Part shown: piece after piece, positions 38,147 to 47,766 of the stretch | How positions within the stretch are numbered: the stretch's first letter is position 1 | Layout: every line of letters starts with the position of its first letter | Assembly (NCBI GenBank): GCA_002397315.1 | Contig: DHAE01000015.1 | Location: 22,869-86,868, forward strand | Direction of reading: 5' to 3' | Length of the DNA: 64,000 nucleotides | Origin: Comamonadaceae bacterium UBA4962 | GTDB lineage: Bacteria; Pseudomonadota; Gammaproteobacteria; Burkholderiales; Burkholderiaceae_C | Program-made: the position numbers and the translations under genes | The notes under the pieces: model-generated | The model's database searches: none | What the model saw: only the letters and a program-made list of their open reading frames with translations | What the model was told of the DNA's origin: nothing

Positions 38147-40624
38147 TTACTGTGGATCGATCGGGCGCTTGCGATGGAGTTCGTCCAACTCCAGGCGCAG
38201 TTCCAGCCGGTCGTTGTCCATGCCGAAACCCACCGGCTCGCCAGGCGCCGGAGGTGCCGTGACCGGCATCGGCGGCAGATCGCTGAGCGTGAGGTGCGGC
38301 GGATCCGACAGGTCGAGATCGAGCATCGCATCCGGGTCGGAATACAGGCTCGCAGGCGCCGTCGGCGTGGCCGCGGAAGGCGGGACGGCAGGAGAAGGCA
38401 TCGGCGGCAGCGGCGCGGGCAGCGATTCCCACGTCAGGCCGCCCGAGAGCGTGTCGAAGGAGCGCAGCTCTTCGTCGCGCTCTGCTTCCCGGGCTGCTGC
38501 CGGTGCGGGGTACTGCGCGGCCAGCGCTTCGTCGTCCGGCGTCTCCATGGGCGTGGTGCGGCGGCGCGGCGGCGCCTCGCCCCGGGCGCTGGCGGGGGTG
38601 GTCTGGGCGATGGCGAGCAGCAGCAGCAGGTCGTCGAACGCCGCAAGATCGAACTGCATGGCCAGCACGGCATCCGCCTGCCGGAAGAGCAGGCCCTCGA
38701 TCACGCCCAGGACGGCGGGAGAAGACCATTCGGCCTCGATCGCCGCCAGCGCGTCGGGAAAGCCCAGCAGGGTGCGGCCGGCGCGGTGGAACGTACCGAA
38801 TTCCGGGACGAAGACGTTGAACTGCGCACGGAACTGTTCACGGAGCTGGTGGAAGCTCTCCACACGCCCGAGCGTGTGGTAGAGCCGCAGCAGTTCGAGA
38901 TACGCGAAGGCCGACGTCTCTCCATGTGCGGCGATGTGCTGCTTGAGCACGGCGATCGCCTGGTCGTGCTCGCCGACCGAGACGAAGAATTCCGCCTGCT
39001 GCTGGATGTCGAACAGGTCTTCGGGCAACGGTCCCGCCGTCCGCACGGTGGCCGCAGCGGGGGCGTGGACGGGAGCCGGCGGCGGCAGGGTTGCAGCCGC
39101 GGACGGAGCGAACACCGGCGGCGGGGCAGGCACGGAGGGAGGCGGCGATGCGACCGCGGCAGAGGCCGCAGGCTGCAGCGGTGCGCCCCGCGTGAGGGCG
39201 GGCCCTTCGACCAGCACGGCGCTGGAGAGCGAATCCGCGAATGCCGGGAAATGGGAACTGTCGTCGCCCCGCAGCGCAGCGGCCACGGACATGGGAACGG
39301 TCACGGGCGGCGGCACGGCTGGCGCAGGCGGTTTGGCGGCTCCCGTGCCGCGCGGCATCACGGGCAGGCGCCGCGGCTTGCCGAGCGGTGCATCGTCCCC
39401 CTGCGGCCGCGTCGGCACGCCCAGGGGCCCTGCCTCCGCGGCGGCATCGGCACCCGCAACGCCGGAAACCGGTGGCTGGCTGTTCGCCGCGACCACCTGC
39501 GTCCAGGTGGTTTCGCGCAGGCGGCGGGACCGCGCCCAAAGCCATGCGGCGAGCGCGAGCAGCAGTGCGACGAGGCCCAGCAGCACGTACACCACGACGG
39601 CCGGAAAACGGTCGGATTCGGCACTGTCGAGGCGCTGGCGCAGATCGGCTGCCGCAGCGCGCTCGGAAGCGGCCCGCGCGCGCTCGGTCGCGACCACGCC
39701 TTCCAACTGGGCCGTGCGCCCGGCGGCGCGCTGCACGTCTTCCACCGGGGTGTTGAGCGCCTTCCAGAGCGCAGCGGCTTCGGCGCGCTGCTCGGCGGAG
39801 GCCGGGGCGGCCACGGAGGCCGGCGAAAGTTCGGGGGAATTGCGCAGCGGGAGCGGAGCTTCGAGCCAGACATCCAGCGGCTCCATGACGAGCCGCGCCC
39901 GCTCGGCCGCGGGCGACGCCGGGGCGGCCGGCGCAGGGCGCCGGGCCCGGCTGGAAGGCGCGGCGGCCGTGGACGCCGCGGCAGTGTCGGCCGGCCTGCT
40001 CCGGGTGGATGGCTGGGCCGCAGCCACCGACGCCGCCGTGGCCGGCGCGGCATCGGTGGCCGCCGCACGCGCCGGGCGTGTGCTGCCGCGTGCCGCGCCA
40101 CTGGAGGCCGTGTCGCCGGCGGCACCGGGGGCGCCTGGGCGCGCGCCCGCCGCGCCCGCGCCCGCGAGTTGTCCGATATCGAGCGGACGGGCGGAGGCCG
40201 AAGCGGAAGAAGCCGTCTCGGGGAGCTGCGAAAGGAAGACATACCGGCGGCTCACACCGCCGCTGCAGCCGGCGGTGACCATGGCGGTGAGCACCGGCTC
40301 GTCGGCCGTGATGAACGCGCGTACCCGCACGGCCGGTACACGCCCCGCCGTTGCCGGCACGGGGGTGATCTGCACTTTCGAATCCGGTACCGCGGTGTCG
40401 CCCGACAGCAGGCGCACGCGCACGCACGAGGAGGCGATGTCGGTGCCCGGATCCGGCTGCACGTCGAAGACGAGGTCCACCGGAGCACCGAGCACCACCG
40501 TTCCATGGCTGGCACCCAGCGAAATCGCGGCCGCGCCGGTCGCGACGGCCGTCAGGCCCGCTCCGATGATCGTGTTACTTATTTTCACAATGGTTGCGTT
40601 TTTATTCAATCCATTCTTGCACAT
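38147..40624 (-). CDS. Large FimV-like membrane protein (signal peptide, Ala/Pro-rich low-complexity regions, one TM segment, TPR-like module)
   Basis: It has the N-terminal signal KISNTIIGAGLTAVATGAAAISLGA and the TM segment FPAVVVYVLLGLVALLLALAAWLW. The module AEFFVSVGEHDQAIAVLKQHI resembles the FimV helical motif. The start is ATG 40624 or GTG 40588. Confidence 0.55.
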   Translation of the reverse strand: MCKNGLNKNATIVKISNTIIGAGLTAVATGAAAISLGASHGTVVLGAPVDLVFDVQPDPGTDIASSCVRVRLLSGDTAVPDSKVQITPVPATAGRVPAVRVRAFITADEPVLTAMVTAGCSGGVSRRYVFLSQLPETASSASASARPLDIGQLAGAGAAGARPGAPGAAGDTASSGAARGSTRPARAAATDAAPATAASVAAAQPSTRSRPADTAAASTAAAPSSRARRPAPAAPASPAAERARLVMEPLDVWLEAPLPLRNSPELSPASVAAPASAEQRAEAAALWKALNTPVEDVQRAAGRTAQLEGVVATERARAASERAAAADLRQRLDSAESDRFPAVVVYVLLGLVALLLALAAWLWARSRRLRETTWTQVVAANSQPPVSGVAGADAAAEAGPLGVPTRPQGDDAPLGKPRRLPVMPRGTGAAKPPAPAVPPPVTVPMSVAAALRGDDSSHFPAFADSLSSAVLVEGPALTRGAPLQPAASAAVASPPPSVPAPPPVFAPSAAATLPPPAPVHAPAAATVRTAGPLPEDLFDIQQQAEFFVSVGEHDQAIAVLKQHIAAHGETSAFAYLELLRLYHTLGRVESFHQLREQFRAQFNVFVPEFGTFHRAGRTLLGFPDALAAIEAEWSSPAVLGVIEGLLFRQADAVLAMQFDLAAFDDLLLLLAIAQTTPASARGEAPPRRRTTPMETPDDEALAAQYPAPAAAREAERDEELRSFDTLSGGLTWESLPAPLPPMPSPAVPPSAATPTAPASLYSDPDAMLDLDLSDPPHLTLSDLPPMPVTAPPAPGEPVGFGMDNDRLELRLELDELHRKRPIDPQ

Positions 40625-40660
40625 AAGCGCCTGCTCCCCTCGCCGCCATAATGGCGCTCC

Positions 40661-42181
40661 ATGACCAACCCTTTCCCGATCGTAGGCATCATAGGCACGG
40701 GCGCCATGGGCCAGGGCATCGCCCAGATGGCGGCGCAGGCAGGCAGCCAGGTGCTGCTGTTCGACAACCGGGCCGGCGCCGCGGGCGCCGCCCTCGACCA
40801 TATCCATGCGCAGTGGCAGCGCCTTGTAGGCAAGGGGCGCATCAGCGCGGATGAGGCAGCAAATCTTCGTGCGCGCCTGTCGGCCATCGGCTCGCTGGAC
40901 GAGGCAGCCCGGTGCGACTTCATCATAGAAGCGATCGTCGAGCGTCTGGACGCCAAGCAGGCACTTTTTGCAGAACTCGAGAAGATCGTCCGCCCCGGCG
41001 CGGTGCTCGCGACCAACACCTCGTCGCTGTCGGTGACGGCGATCGGCGCGGCGCTGCGGCATCCGGAACGCTTCGCGGGCTTCCACTTCTTCAATCCCGT
41101 GCCGCTCATGAAGGTCGTCGAGGTGGTTGCCGGCCTGAAGACCGACCCCGCCGTGTGCGACCGCCTTGCGGAACATGCCCGCGCCATGGGCCACACCCCC
41201 GTACGCGCGCAGGACACGCCCGGCTTCATCGTGAACCACGCGGGCCGCGGCTTCGGCACCGAAGCGCTGCGCATCGTCGGCGAGGGCGTTGCCGATTTCG
41301 CCACCGTGGACCGCATCCTGCGCGACCAGGTCGGCTTTCGGCTCGGCCCGTTCGAGCTGATGGACCTGACCGCGCTGGACGTGTCGCAGCCGGTCATGGA
41401 ATCGATTTATCGCCAGTATTACGAAGAGCCGCGGTACCGCCCCAGCGCCCTGGCCGCGCAGCGGCTCGCCGCCGGACTGCTCGGCCGCAAGACGGGCGAG
41501 GGCTTCTACCGCTACGTGGACGGCAAGGCGCAGGTGCCCGATGAACCGCCCGCCCCCACGGTCGCGGAGATTCCGCCCGTATGGGTGTCGTCCCGCGCCG
41601 CGCGGCGGGCCGAGGTGTTCCAGTTGCTGAAGGACCTGGGCGCCCGGATCGAAACCGGCACCTCGCCTTCGCCCCAGGCCATCTCGCTCGTGGCGCCGCT
41701 CGGCTTCGACGTGACCACCGTGGCCGTGGTGGAGCGCCTGGACCCGGCGCGCACGATCGGCATCGACATGCTGGTCGAGGACGCCGCCACGCGCCGCCGC
41801 GTGCTGGCCACCAATCCTGCCACCCGGGTCGACATCCGCGACGCGGCGCACGCCCTCTTCGCGCGCGATGGCAAGCCGGTGAGCGTGATCCGCGACAGCG
41901 GCGGCTTCGTCACCCAGCGCGTGGTGGCCACCATCGTGAACATCGCGAGCGACATCTGCCAGCAGGGCATCTGCAGCCCGGCCGATCTGGAATCCGCGGT
42001 CACGCTGGGGCTGGGCTATCCGCTGGGGCCGCTGGCGATGGGCAACCGCTGGGGGCCGGCCAACATGCTCGAAGTGCTGTTCAACCTGCAGACCGTGTAC
42101 GGCGATCCGCGCTACCGTCCCAGCCCCTGGCTGCGCCGCCGCGGCGCGATCGGGCTCAGCCTGCTGCACGTCGAGGCCTGA
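40661..42181 (+). CDS. 3-hydroxyacyl-CoA dehydrogenase (NAD-binding domain plus duplicated C-terminal domain)
   Basis: 506 aa with the Rossmann motif VGIIGTGAMGQGIAQ, then FHFFNPVPLMKVVEV and GFIVNH. Confidence 0.85.
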   Translation: MTNPFPIVGIIGTGAMGQGIAQMAAQAGSQVLLFDNRAGAAGAALDHIHAQWQRLVGKGRISADEAANLRARLSAIGSLDEAARCDFIIEAIVERLDAKQALFAELEKIVRPGAVLATNTSSLSVTAIGAALRHPERFAGFHFFNPVPLMKVVEVVAGLKTDPAVCDRLAEHARAMGHTPVRAQDTPGFIVNHAGRGFGTEALRIVGEGVADFATVDRILRDQVGFRLGPFELMDLTALDVSQPVMESIYRQYYEEPRYRPSALAAQRLAAGLLGRKTGEGFYRYVDGKAQVPDEPPAPTVAEIPPVWVSSRAARRAEVFQLLKDLGARIETGTSPSPQAISLVAPLGFDVTTVAVVERLDPARTIGIDMLVEDAATRRRVLATNPATRVDIRDAAHALFARDGKPVSVIRDSGGFVTQRVVATIVNIASDICQQGICSPADLESAVTLGLGYPLGPLAMGNRWGPANMLEVLFNLQTVYGDPRYRPSPWLRRRGAIGLSLLHVEA

Positions 42182-42249
42182 CCGGCCTCCGGCATGGCCC
42201 GCCGCCAGGCCATGCCATCCCGCCCCGCGCACCCGAACACCCGTCCCCC

Positions 42250-43032
42250 ATGCCCGCAAGACTCGAGACCCGCACCCACGACCAGCACACCCTCGTGCTC
42301 ACCATCCACCATCCGGAGATGCGCAATGCGCTCGATCCGGCGATCTGCGTGGCCGGGGTGGAGGCGCTGAACGGCGCGGAGCGCAGCGCCGACGTGCGCG
42401 CGGTCGTCATCACCGGGGCCGGCGCGCACTTCTGCGCCGGCGGCAACCTGCAGCGCATGCAGGAGCGGCGCCAGGAGGACGCAGAGACGCAGGCGCAGGG
42501 CGTGGAGGCGCTGCACCAATGGATCGAAACGCTCAGCACGTACCCCAAGCCCGTCATCGCCGCCGTGGAAGGCGCCGCGGCGGGCGCGGGCTTCTCGTTG
42601 GCGCTGGCCTGCGACATGGTCGTGGCCGCGCGCGATGCGGCCTTCGTGATGGCCTACGCGGGCGTCGGCCTCTCGCCGGACGGTGGCGCCACCTGGAGCC
42701 TGGGGCGCGCGCTGCCGCGGCAGCTCGCGGCCGAACTGCTGTTGTGCGGCGAGCGCATCGGCGCCGAGCGCCTGCATGCGCTGGGCATCGTGAACCGGCT
42801 GGCGCGCCCGGGCGAGGCGCTCACCTGCGCGCTGGCCCTGGCCGACACCCTCGCCGCGCGCGCACCCAATGCGGTCGCCAGCACGAAGGAACTCCTGTCG
42901 GAGGCACCCGCCCACACCCTCACCCAGCAGCTCGCACGCGAGCGCGACCAGTTCGTGCGCAACCTGCAGCATTTGAACGCCGGGGAAGGCATCGCGGCCT
43001 TCCTCGAGAAGCGCCCGCCGCGCTACCGCTGA
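42250..43032 (+). CDS. Enoyl-CoA hydratase/isomerase (crotonase) family protein
   Basis: 260 aa with VVITGAGAHFCAGGNL and KPVIAAVEGAAAGAGFSLALACD, the crotonase oxyanion-hole motifs. Confidence 0.85.
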   Translation: MPARLETRTHDQHTLVLTIHHPEMRNALDPAICVAGVEALNGAERSADVRAVVITGAGAHFCAGGNLQRMQERRQEDAETQAQGVEALHQWIETLSTYPKPVIAAVEGAAAGAGFSLALACDMVVAARDAAFVMAYAGVGLSPDGGATWSLGRALPRQLAAELLLCGERIGAERLHALGIVNRLARPGEALTCALALADTLAARAPNAVASTKELLSEAPAHTLTQQLARERDQFVRNLQHLNAGEGIAAFLEKRPPRYR

Positions 43033-43152
43033 ACCACCGGCAACGGCAACGCCAGGGCGGCCCCTTTGTCGGCCCCGGCATCGCCCGACCTGGCCCTGCG
43101 CCAGGCCAGTGCTCCGCCCCCCGCGTGCCGGGCCGAGCGGAGCATCCTGAGA

Positions 43153-43260
43153 GCGGCTCACACGACCCAGCGAAGCGGTTCTGGCGAGGCGCCGCATCGT
43201 AGGCAGTACGCGCAGTACGGCAAGATGCGGCAACGACGCCAGAAGGGTCGTGTGAGCCGC
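43153..43260. repeat. 108-nt nested inverted repeat (16 + 6 + 8 bp stems), a possible structured RNA or MITE-like element
   Basis: The outer stem is GCGGCTCACACGACCC ... GGGTCGTGTGAGCCGC (16/16). The middle stem is CTGGCG/CGCCAG and the inner stem is GCCGCATC/GATGCGGC. The 25-nt apical loop contains CAGTACG twice. Confidence 0.6.
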
Positions 43261-43359
43261 GCTAAGACACGCGCGCGACATCGGAGCCCCCATGCACCGC
43301 TGGCACGCCCGTCCCCCGGGCGACAATGCCCCGGCCTCCAGTCACGCAAAAGACAGACC

Positions 43360-44079
43360 ATGGACGACCCCATTCTTACCATCGAAGAACGAGAGGCGAT
43401 CAATACCGGTCGCTGGTTTTCCTCCCTTTCCCCTTCGCTGCGGCACGACATACTCCGATGCGCCTACGTCAAACGCTTCAAGGATGGCGGCCTGATCGCC
43501 GCCCGCGGCGATCCGCCGGAGGAGTGGATCGCCTGCGCGAAGGGCGCGGTGCGCGTGAGCTCCACGTCGATCTCCGGCAAGCAGATCACGCTGACCTACG
43601 TCGAGCCGGGCATCTGGTTCGGCGACGTGGCGATCTTCGACGGCGACCGGCGCACGCACGATGCCTACGCGCACGGGGACACCACCATCCTCTGCGTCGC
43701 CAAGGCGGATTTCCGCAAGATCCTGGCCACGCACGTGGAGTTCTACGAAGCGATGCTGCGCCTGCATGCGCGGCGCATCCGCCAGCTCTACGGCCTGGTG
43801 GAAGACCTCAACACCCTGCCGCTGCGGGCACGGCTGGCCAAGCAGCTGCTGCACCTGGTGCGCAGCTACGGCATTCCGAGCCTGTCGCACGGCGACGAGG
43901 TGCGCATCGGCCTGCAGCTCGCGCAGGAGGAACTGGCCCAGCTGCTCGGCGCCTCGCGCCAGCGGGTGAACCAGGAACTCAAGGCCATGGAACGCGAGGA
44001 CGCCATCCGCATCGAGCCGGGCGGCCTCGTCGTGCGCGACCGTGACGTGCTGATGCGCATCGCCGAAACCGACCACTAG
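43360..44079 (+). CDS. Crp/Fnr-family transcriptional regulator
   Basis: 239 aa with a cNMP-binding beta-roll (GIWFGDVAIFDGDRRTHDAYA) and the C-terminal HTH QEELAQLLGASRQRVNQELKAME. Confidence 0.85.
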   Translation: MDDPILTIEEREAINTGRWFSSLSPSLRHDILRCAYVKRFKDGGLIAARGDPPEEWIACAKGAVRVSSTSISGKQITLTYVEPGIWFGDVAIFDGDRRTHDAYAHGDTTILCVAKADFRKILATHVEFYEAMLRLHARRIRQLYGLVEDLNTLPLRARLAKQLLHLVRSYGIPSLSHGDEVRIGLQLAQEELAQLLGASRQRVNQELKAMEREDAIRIEPGGLVVRDRDVLMRIAETDH

Positions 44080-44106
44080 AACCCCTTTTCCGCCGACCCA
44101 TCATCC

Positions 44107-45195
44107 ATGACCGCATCCTACGAACACTTCACCGGCACCCGCCCCGTCTCCGCGCAGCACGCTTTCGATACGGACGCGCTCTCGGCCTGGATGGCGGCCC
44201 ACGTGGAGGGCTTCGAGGGGCCGGTGTCGGTGGAGATGTTCAAGGGCGGGCAGTCCAACCCCACCTACAAGCTCGTCACCCCGGCGCGCAGCTACGTGAT
44301 GCGCGCCAAGCCCGGACCGGTGGCGAAGCTGCTGCCGTCCGCGCATGCGATCGAGCGCGAATTCCAGGTGATGGGCGGGCTCGCCGGCACCGCGGTGCCC
44401 GTGCCGCGCATGTACGCGCTCTGCGAGGACGAATCCGTCATCGGCCGCGCGTTCTACATCATGGAGTTCCTGCAGGGCCGCGTGATGTGGGACCAGGCCC
44501 TGCCGGACATGGACCCCGCCGGCCGCGGCGCCATCTACGACGAGATGAACCGCGTGATCGCCGCGCTGCACACCGTGCCCTTCGCCGAGCGCGGCCTCGC
44601 GGGCTACGGCAAGCCGGGCAATTATTTCGAGCGCCAGATCGGCCGCTGGAGCAAGCAGTACGTGGCCTCCATCACCCAGCCCATCGAGGCGATGGACCGG
44701 CTCATGGAGTGGCTGCCCGCGCACATGCCCGCGAGCGCGCGCGACGAAAGCCGCGTGTCGATCGTGCACGGCGACTTCCGGCTCGACAACCTGATGTTCC
44801 ATCCCACCGAGCCGCGCGTGATCGCGGTGCTCGACTGGGAGCTCTCCACCCTCGGGCATCCGCTCGCGGACTTCAGCTACCACTGCATGGCCTGGCACAT
44901 CCCGCCCGGCATGTTCCGCGGCATCGGCGGGCTCGACCACGCCGCGCTCGGCATCCCCACCGAAGACGAATACATCCGCCGCTATTGCGAGCGCACCGGC
45001 CTGGGCACGCCCGAGGCGCTGCGCGCGGACTGGAACTTCTACCTCGCCTACAACCTGTTCCGCCTCGCGTCCATCCTGCAGGGCATCGCCAAGCGCGTGG
45101 AGGACGGCACCGCCTCCAGCGCCCAGGCGCGCGCCTCGGGCGAAGGCGCCCGTCCCCTGGCCGAGATGGCCTGGGGTTTCGCGCAGCGCATGTAG
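44107..45195 (+). CDS. APH-like phosphotransferase family protein (ACAD10/11-type kinase partner)
   Basis: 362 aa with the Brenner motif [12 protein letters not shown] and [12 protein letters not shown]. It lies directly upstream of an acyl-CoA dehydrogenase. Confidence 0.75.
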   Translation: MTASYEHFTGTRPVSAQHAFDTDALSAWMAAHVEGFEGPVSVEMFKGGQSNPTYKLVTPARSYVMRAKPGPVAKLLPSAHAIEREFQVMGGLAGTAVPVPRMYALCEDESVIGRAFYIMEFLQGRVMWDQALPDMDPAGRGAIYDEMNRVIAALHTVPFAERGLAGYGKPGNYFERQIGRWSKQYVASITQPIEAMDRLMEWLPAHMPASARDESRVSIVHGDFRLDNLMFHPTEPRVIAVLDWELSTLGHPLADFSYHCMAWHIPPGMFRGIGGLDHAALGIPTEDEYIRRYCERTGLGTPEALRADWNFYLAYNLFRLASILQGIAKRVEDGTASSAQARASGEGARPLAEMAWGFAQRM

Positions 45196-45268
45196 GCATC
45201 GGCAGGCCCGCCCGCCGCCCACTTTTTCCGCGCACCCGCGCGGCCCGATTTCAACCGGAGACACCGCG

Positions 45269-46543
45269 ATGGATTTCGATTACTCCCCCAAGACCAAGGA
45301 CCTCCAGGCCCGCCTGCTGAAGTTCATGGACGAGCACATCTACCCGTCCGAAGCCGCCTATACCGCGGAGCTGGCCGCCAACACGGCCGCGGGCCGGCGC
45401 TGGACGGCGCTCGACACCATCGAGCAGCTCAAACCCAAGGCGCGCGCGGCCGGCCTGTGGAACCTGTTCCTGCCGGTGGATTCCGCCGCCGCCTCGGGCT
45501 ATGACGGCGCCGGGCTCACCAATCAGGAATACGCACCGCTCGCGGAGATCATGGGCCGCGTGCCCTGGGCCAGCGAGGTGTTCAACTGCTCCGCGCCCGA
45601 CACCGGCAACATGGAAACCATCGCCCGCTACGGCAGCGACGAGAACAAGGCCCGCTGGCTGCGCCCCCTGCTGGAAGGCGAGATCCGCTCGGCGTTCGCG
45701 ATGACCGAGCCCGACGTGGCCTCGAGCGACGCGACCAACATCTCCACGCGCATCGAGCGCCAGGGCGACGAATACGTCATCAACGGCCGCAAGTGGTGGA
45801 TCTCCGGCGCGGCCGATCCGCGCTGCAAGGTCTTCATCACCATGGGCAAGAGCGACCCCGAGGCGCCGAAGCACTCGCAGCAGAGCATGGTCCTGGTGCC
45901 CGCGGACACGCCCGGCATCCGCATCCTGCGCCCGCTCAACGTGCTCGGCTACGACGACGCGCCCCACGGCCACGTCGAGATGGTGTTCGAGAACGTGCGC
46001 GTGCCGGCCAGCAACATCCTGCTGGGCGAAGGCCGCGGCTTCGAGATCGCCCAGGGGCGCCTGGGCCCCGGCCGCATCCACCACTGCATGCGCCTGATCG
46101 GCCTGGCCGAGCGCGCGCTGGAGCTGATGTGCCGCCGCGCGTCCTCGCGCGTCGCCTTCGGCAAGACCGTGGCCCAGCAGACCGTGACGCAGGAGCGCAT
46201 CGCCGAGGCCCGCTGCAAGATCGACATGGCCCGCCTGCTCACGCTCAAGGCCGCCTGGCTGATGGACGTGGCCGGCAACAAGGTCGCCAAGACCGAGATC
46301 GCGATGATCAAGGTGGTGGCGCCGAGCATGGCCTGCCAGGTGATCGACTGGGCCATGCAGGTGCACGGCGGCGGCGGCATGTGCGACGACTTCCCGCTGG
46401 CCTATGCCTATGCGGGTGCGCGCACGCTGCGCTTCGCGGACGGCCCGGACGAAGTGCACCGCAATGCGATCGCGAAGTGGGAACTGGGCAAGTACTCGGA
46501 ATACGGCCGGGCGGCCGAGGTGCCGGTCACGCGCGGCTGCTGA
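45269..46543 (+). CDS. Acyl-CoA dehydrogenase family protein
   Basis: 424 aa with [22 protein letters not shown], the catalytic-base region [16 protein letters not shown], and the C-terminal FADGPDEVH. Confidence 0.9.
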   Translation: MDFDYSPKTKDLQARLLKFMDEHIYPSEAAYTAELAANTAAGRRWTALDTIEQLKPKARAAGLWNLFLPVDSAAASGYDGAGLTNQEYAPLAEIMGRVPWASEVFNCSAPDTGNMETIARYGSDENKARWLRPLLEGEIRSAFAMTEPDVASSDATNISTRIERQGDEYVINGRKWWISGAADPRCKVFITMGKSDPEAPKHSQQSMVLVPADTPGIRILRPLNVLGYDDAPHGHVEMVFENVRVPASNILLGEGRGFEIAQGRLGPGRIHHCMRLIGLAERALELMCRRASSRVAFGKTVAQQTVTQERIAEARCKIDMARLLTLKAAWLMDVAGNKVAKTEIAMIKVVAPSMACQVIDWAMQVHGGGGMCDDFPLAYAYAGARTLRFADGPDEVHRNAIAKWELGKYSEYGRAAEVPVTRGC

Positions 46544-46561
46544 TGGGCCTGCTGCCGCGGT

Positions 46562-47506
46562 TCAGTGCGGCGGCAGCGTATCCCAGGTCTCGGGCGTCTC
46601 GGAATCGGTGACGCCGAAGCCGATCGTGGGCGTGTCCGTGCGCCCGAACGGCATGCCCAGGGCGATGTGGCCGCTGCCGTGCAGCAGGCAGGTGGAGCGC
46701 CGCAGCGCCACCACCGTCTCGCTGCCGTCGAAGCGCACCCAGCTACCGAAGCTGCTTAGGTCGGTGAATACGATGGACGCGCCCCGCCATTCGATGCGCG
46801 CGTGCAGGCGTGAGACACGCGAATCCGGCAGGCGCACGGCCGAGGTCGAGGCCCGGCCCACGTGCAGCGGCCCGTCCGCAGCGCCGAAGGTGCGGAAGGT
46901 GCCGGCCCAGGCCAGTTCGAGCCAGACGTTCGGCGGCTGCAGCGGGGCCAGTTCGCTGAGGCCGGCGCTCTGCGTCAGCAGCCCGTGCTCGTCGCCCTCG
47001 CGCCAGTCCACCTGGTACACCACGAGCGGCTCGGCGCGGCCGCGCAGCTCCAGCGAGCCGATGCGCACATAGCCCGCGCCACCGATGGGCCCCGCGGATT
47101 CCACCGTGCTCGCATCCGCCAGGATCTCGCGGGCGCCGGCCCGTTCGCAGAGGCGCGACGCGACGTTCACCGCATCGCCGTAGGTGTCGCCATCCACTTC
47201 CACCAGTTCACCATGGGCCATGCCCACGCGCAGGTCCATGGGCAGGGCCGCCTGGCCGGCCTGCTCGTGGTGCCGCCGGGCCATGTCCGCCACGGCGCCG
47301 ACGGCCGCGGCCGGATCGCGGAACACCGCCAGCACGCCGTCACCCAGCATCTTCACGACCCGGCCGCCATGCGACGCGAGCACCGCGCCCATCCATTCGG
47401 TGATGCCGGTCACCGTGGCGGTCGCGCGCGTGTTGCCGTGCGCCTCGAACAGCGCCGTGGTGCCGACGATGTCGGAAAACACGACCGTGCGCCAGGCCGT
47501 CTTCAT
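46562..47506 (-). CDS. Class III adenylate/guanylate cyclase fused to a C-terminal FHA domain
   Basis: 314 aa from ATG 47506. The metal Asp residues are intact (VVFSDIVGTT, KMLGDGVLAVF), and RVGMAHGE and GDAVNVASRL are present. The C-terminal region LHVGRASTSAVRLPDSRVSRLHARIEW...TDLSSFGSWV is FHA. Confidence 0.85.
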   Translation of the reverse strand: MKTAWRTVVFSDIVGTTALFEAHGNTRATATVTGITEWMGAVLASHGGRVVKMLGDGVLAVFRDPAAAVGAVADMARRHHEQAGQAALPMDLRVGMAHGELVEVDGDTYGDAVNVASRLCERAGAREILADASTVESAGPIGGAGYVRIGSLELRGRAEPLVVYQVDWREGDEHGLLTQSAGLSELAPLQPPNVWLELAWAGTFRTFGAADGPLHVGRASTSAVRLPDSRVSRLHARIEWRGASIVFTDLSSFGSWVRFDGSETVVALRRSTCLLHGSGHIALGMPFGRTDTPTIGFGVTDSETPETWDTLPPH

Positions 47507-47766
47507 GGTTTGCAGGCTTTCCCGTCGGCTCCGCCGTGCACGCACCCTGCGTGGCCGCCACCGAAGGCCATGGAATGGCGCGCCGGACGATGGTGCGCTG
47601 GACGGTGGCACGGCCGGACGGGACAGGATGGCGAACGGTTGAGCATGGCTCGGCGTGGAGAGGATCAGGTCGTGTCCCGATTATGGGTCGCCTTCTCCAC
47701 GCGTGCAGCGTCGCACCGCGGTTCGCGTGGAAAGCACTGCCGCACCGCGCGCCGCGGCAGCGTGCC

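Noticed and set aside
40625-42259. Upstream 545 codons of the 1370-aa minus-strand ORF 38147-42259
   Set aside because: This part is antisense to the well-supported 3-hydroxyacyl-CoA dehydrogenase gene and has no protein-like features. The real gene starts at the signal peptide, at ATG 40624 or GTG 40588.
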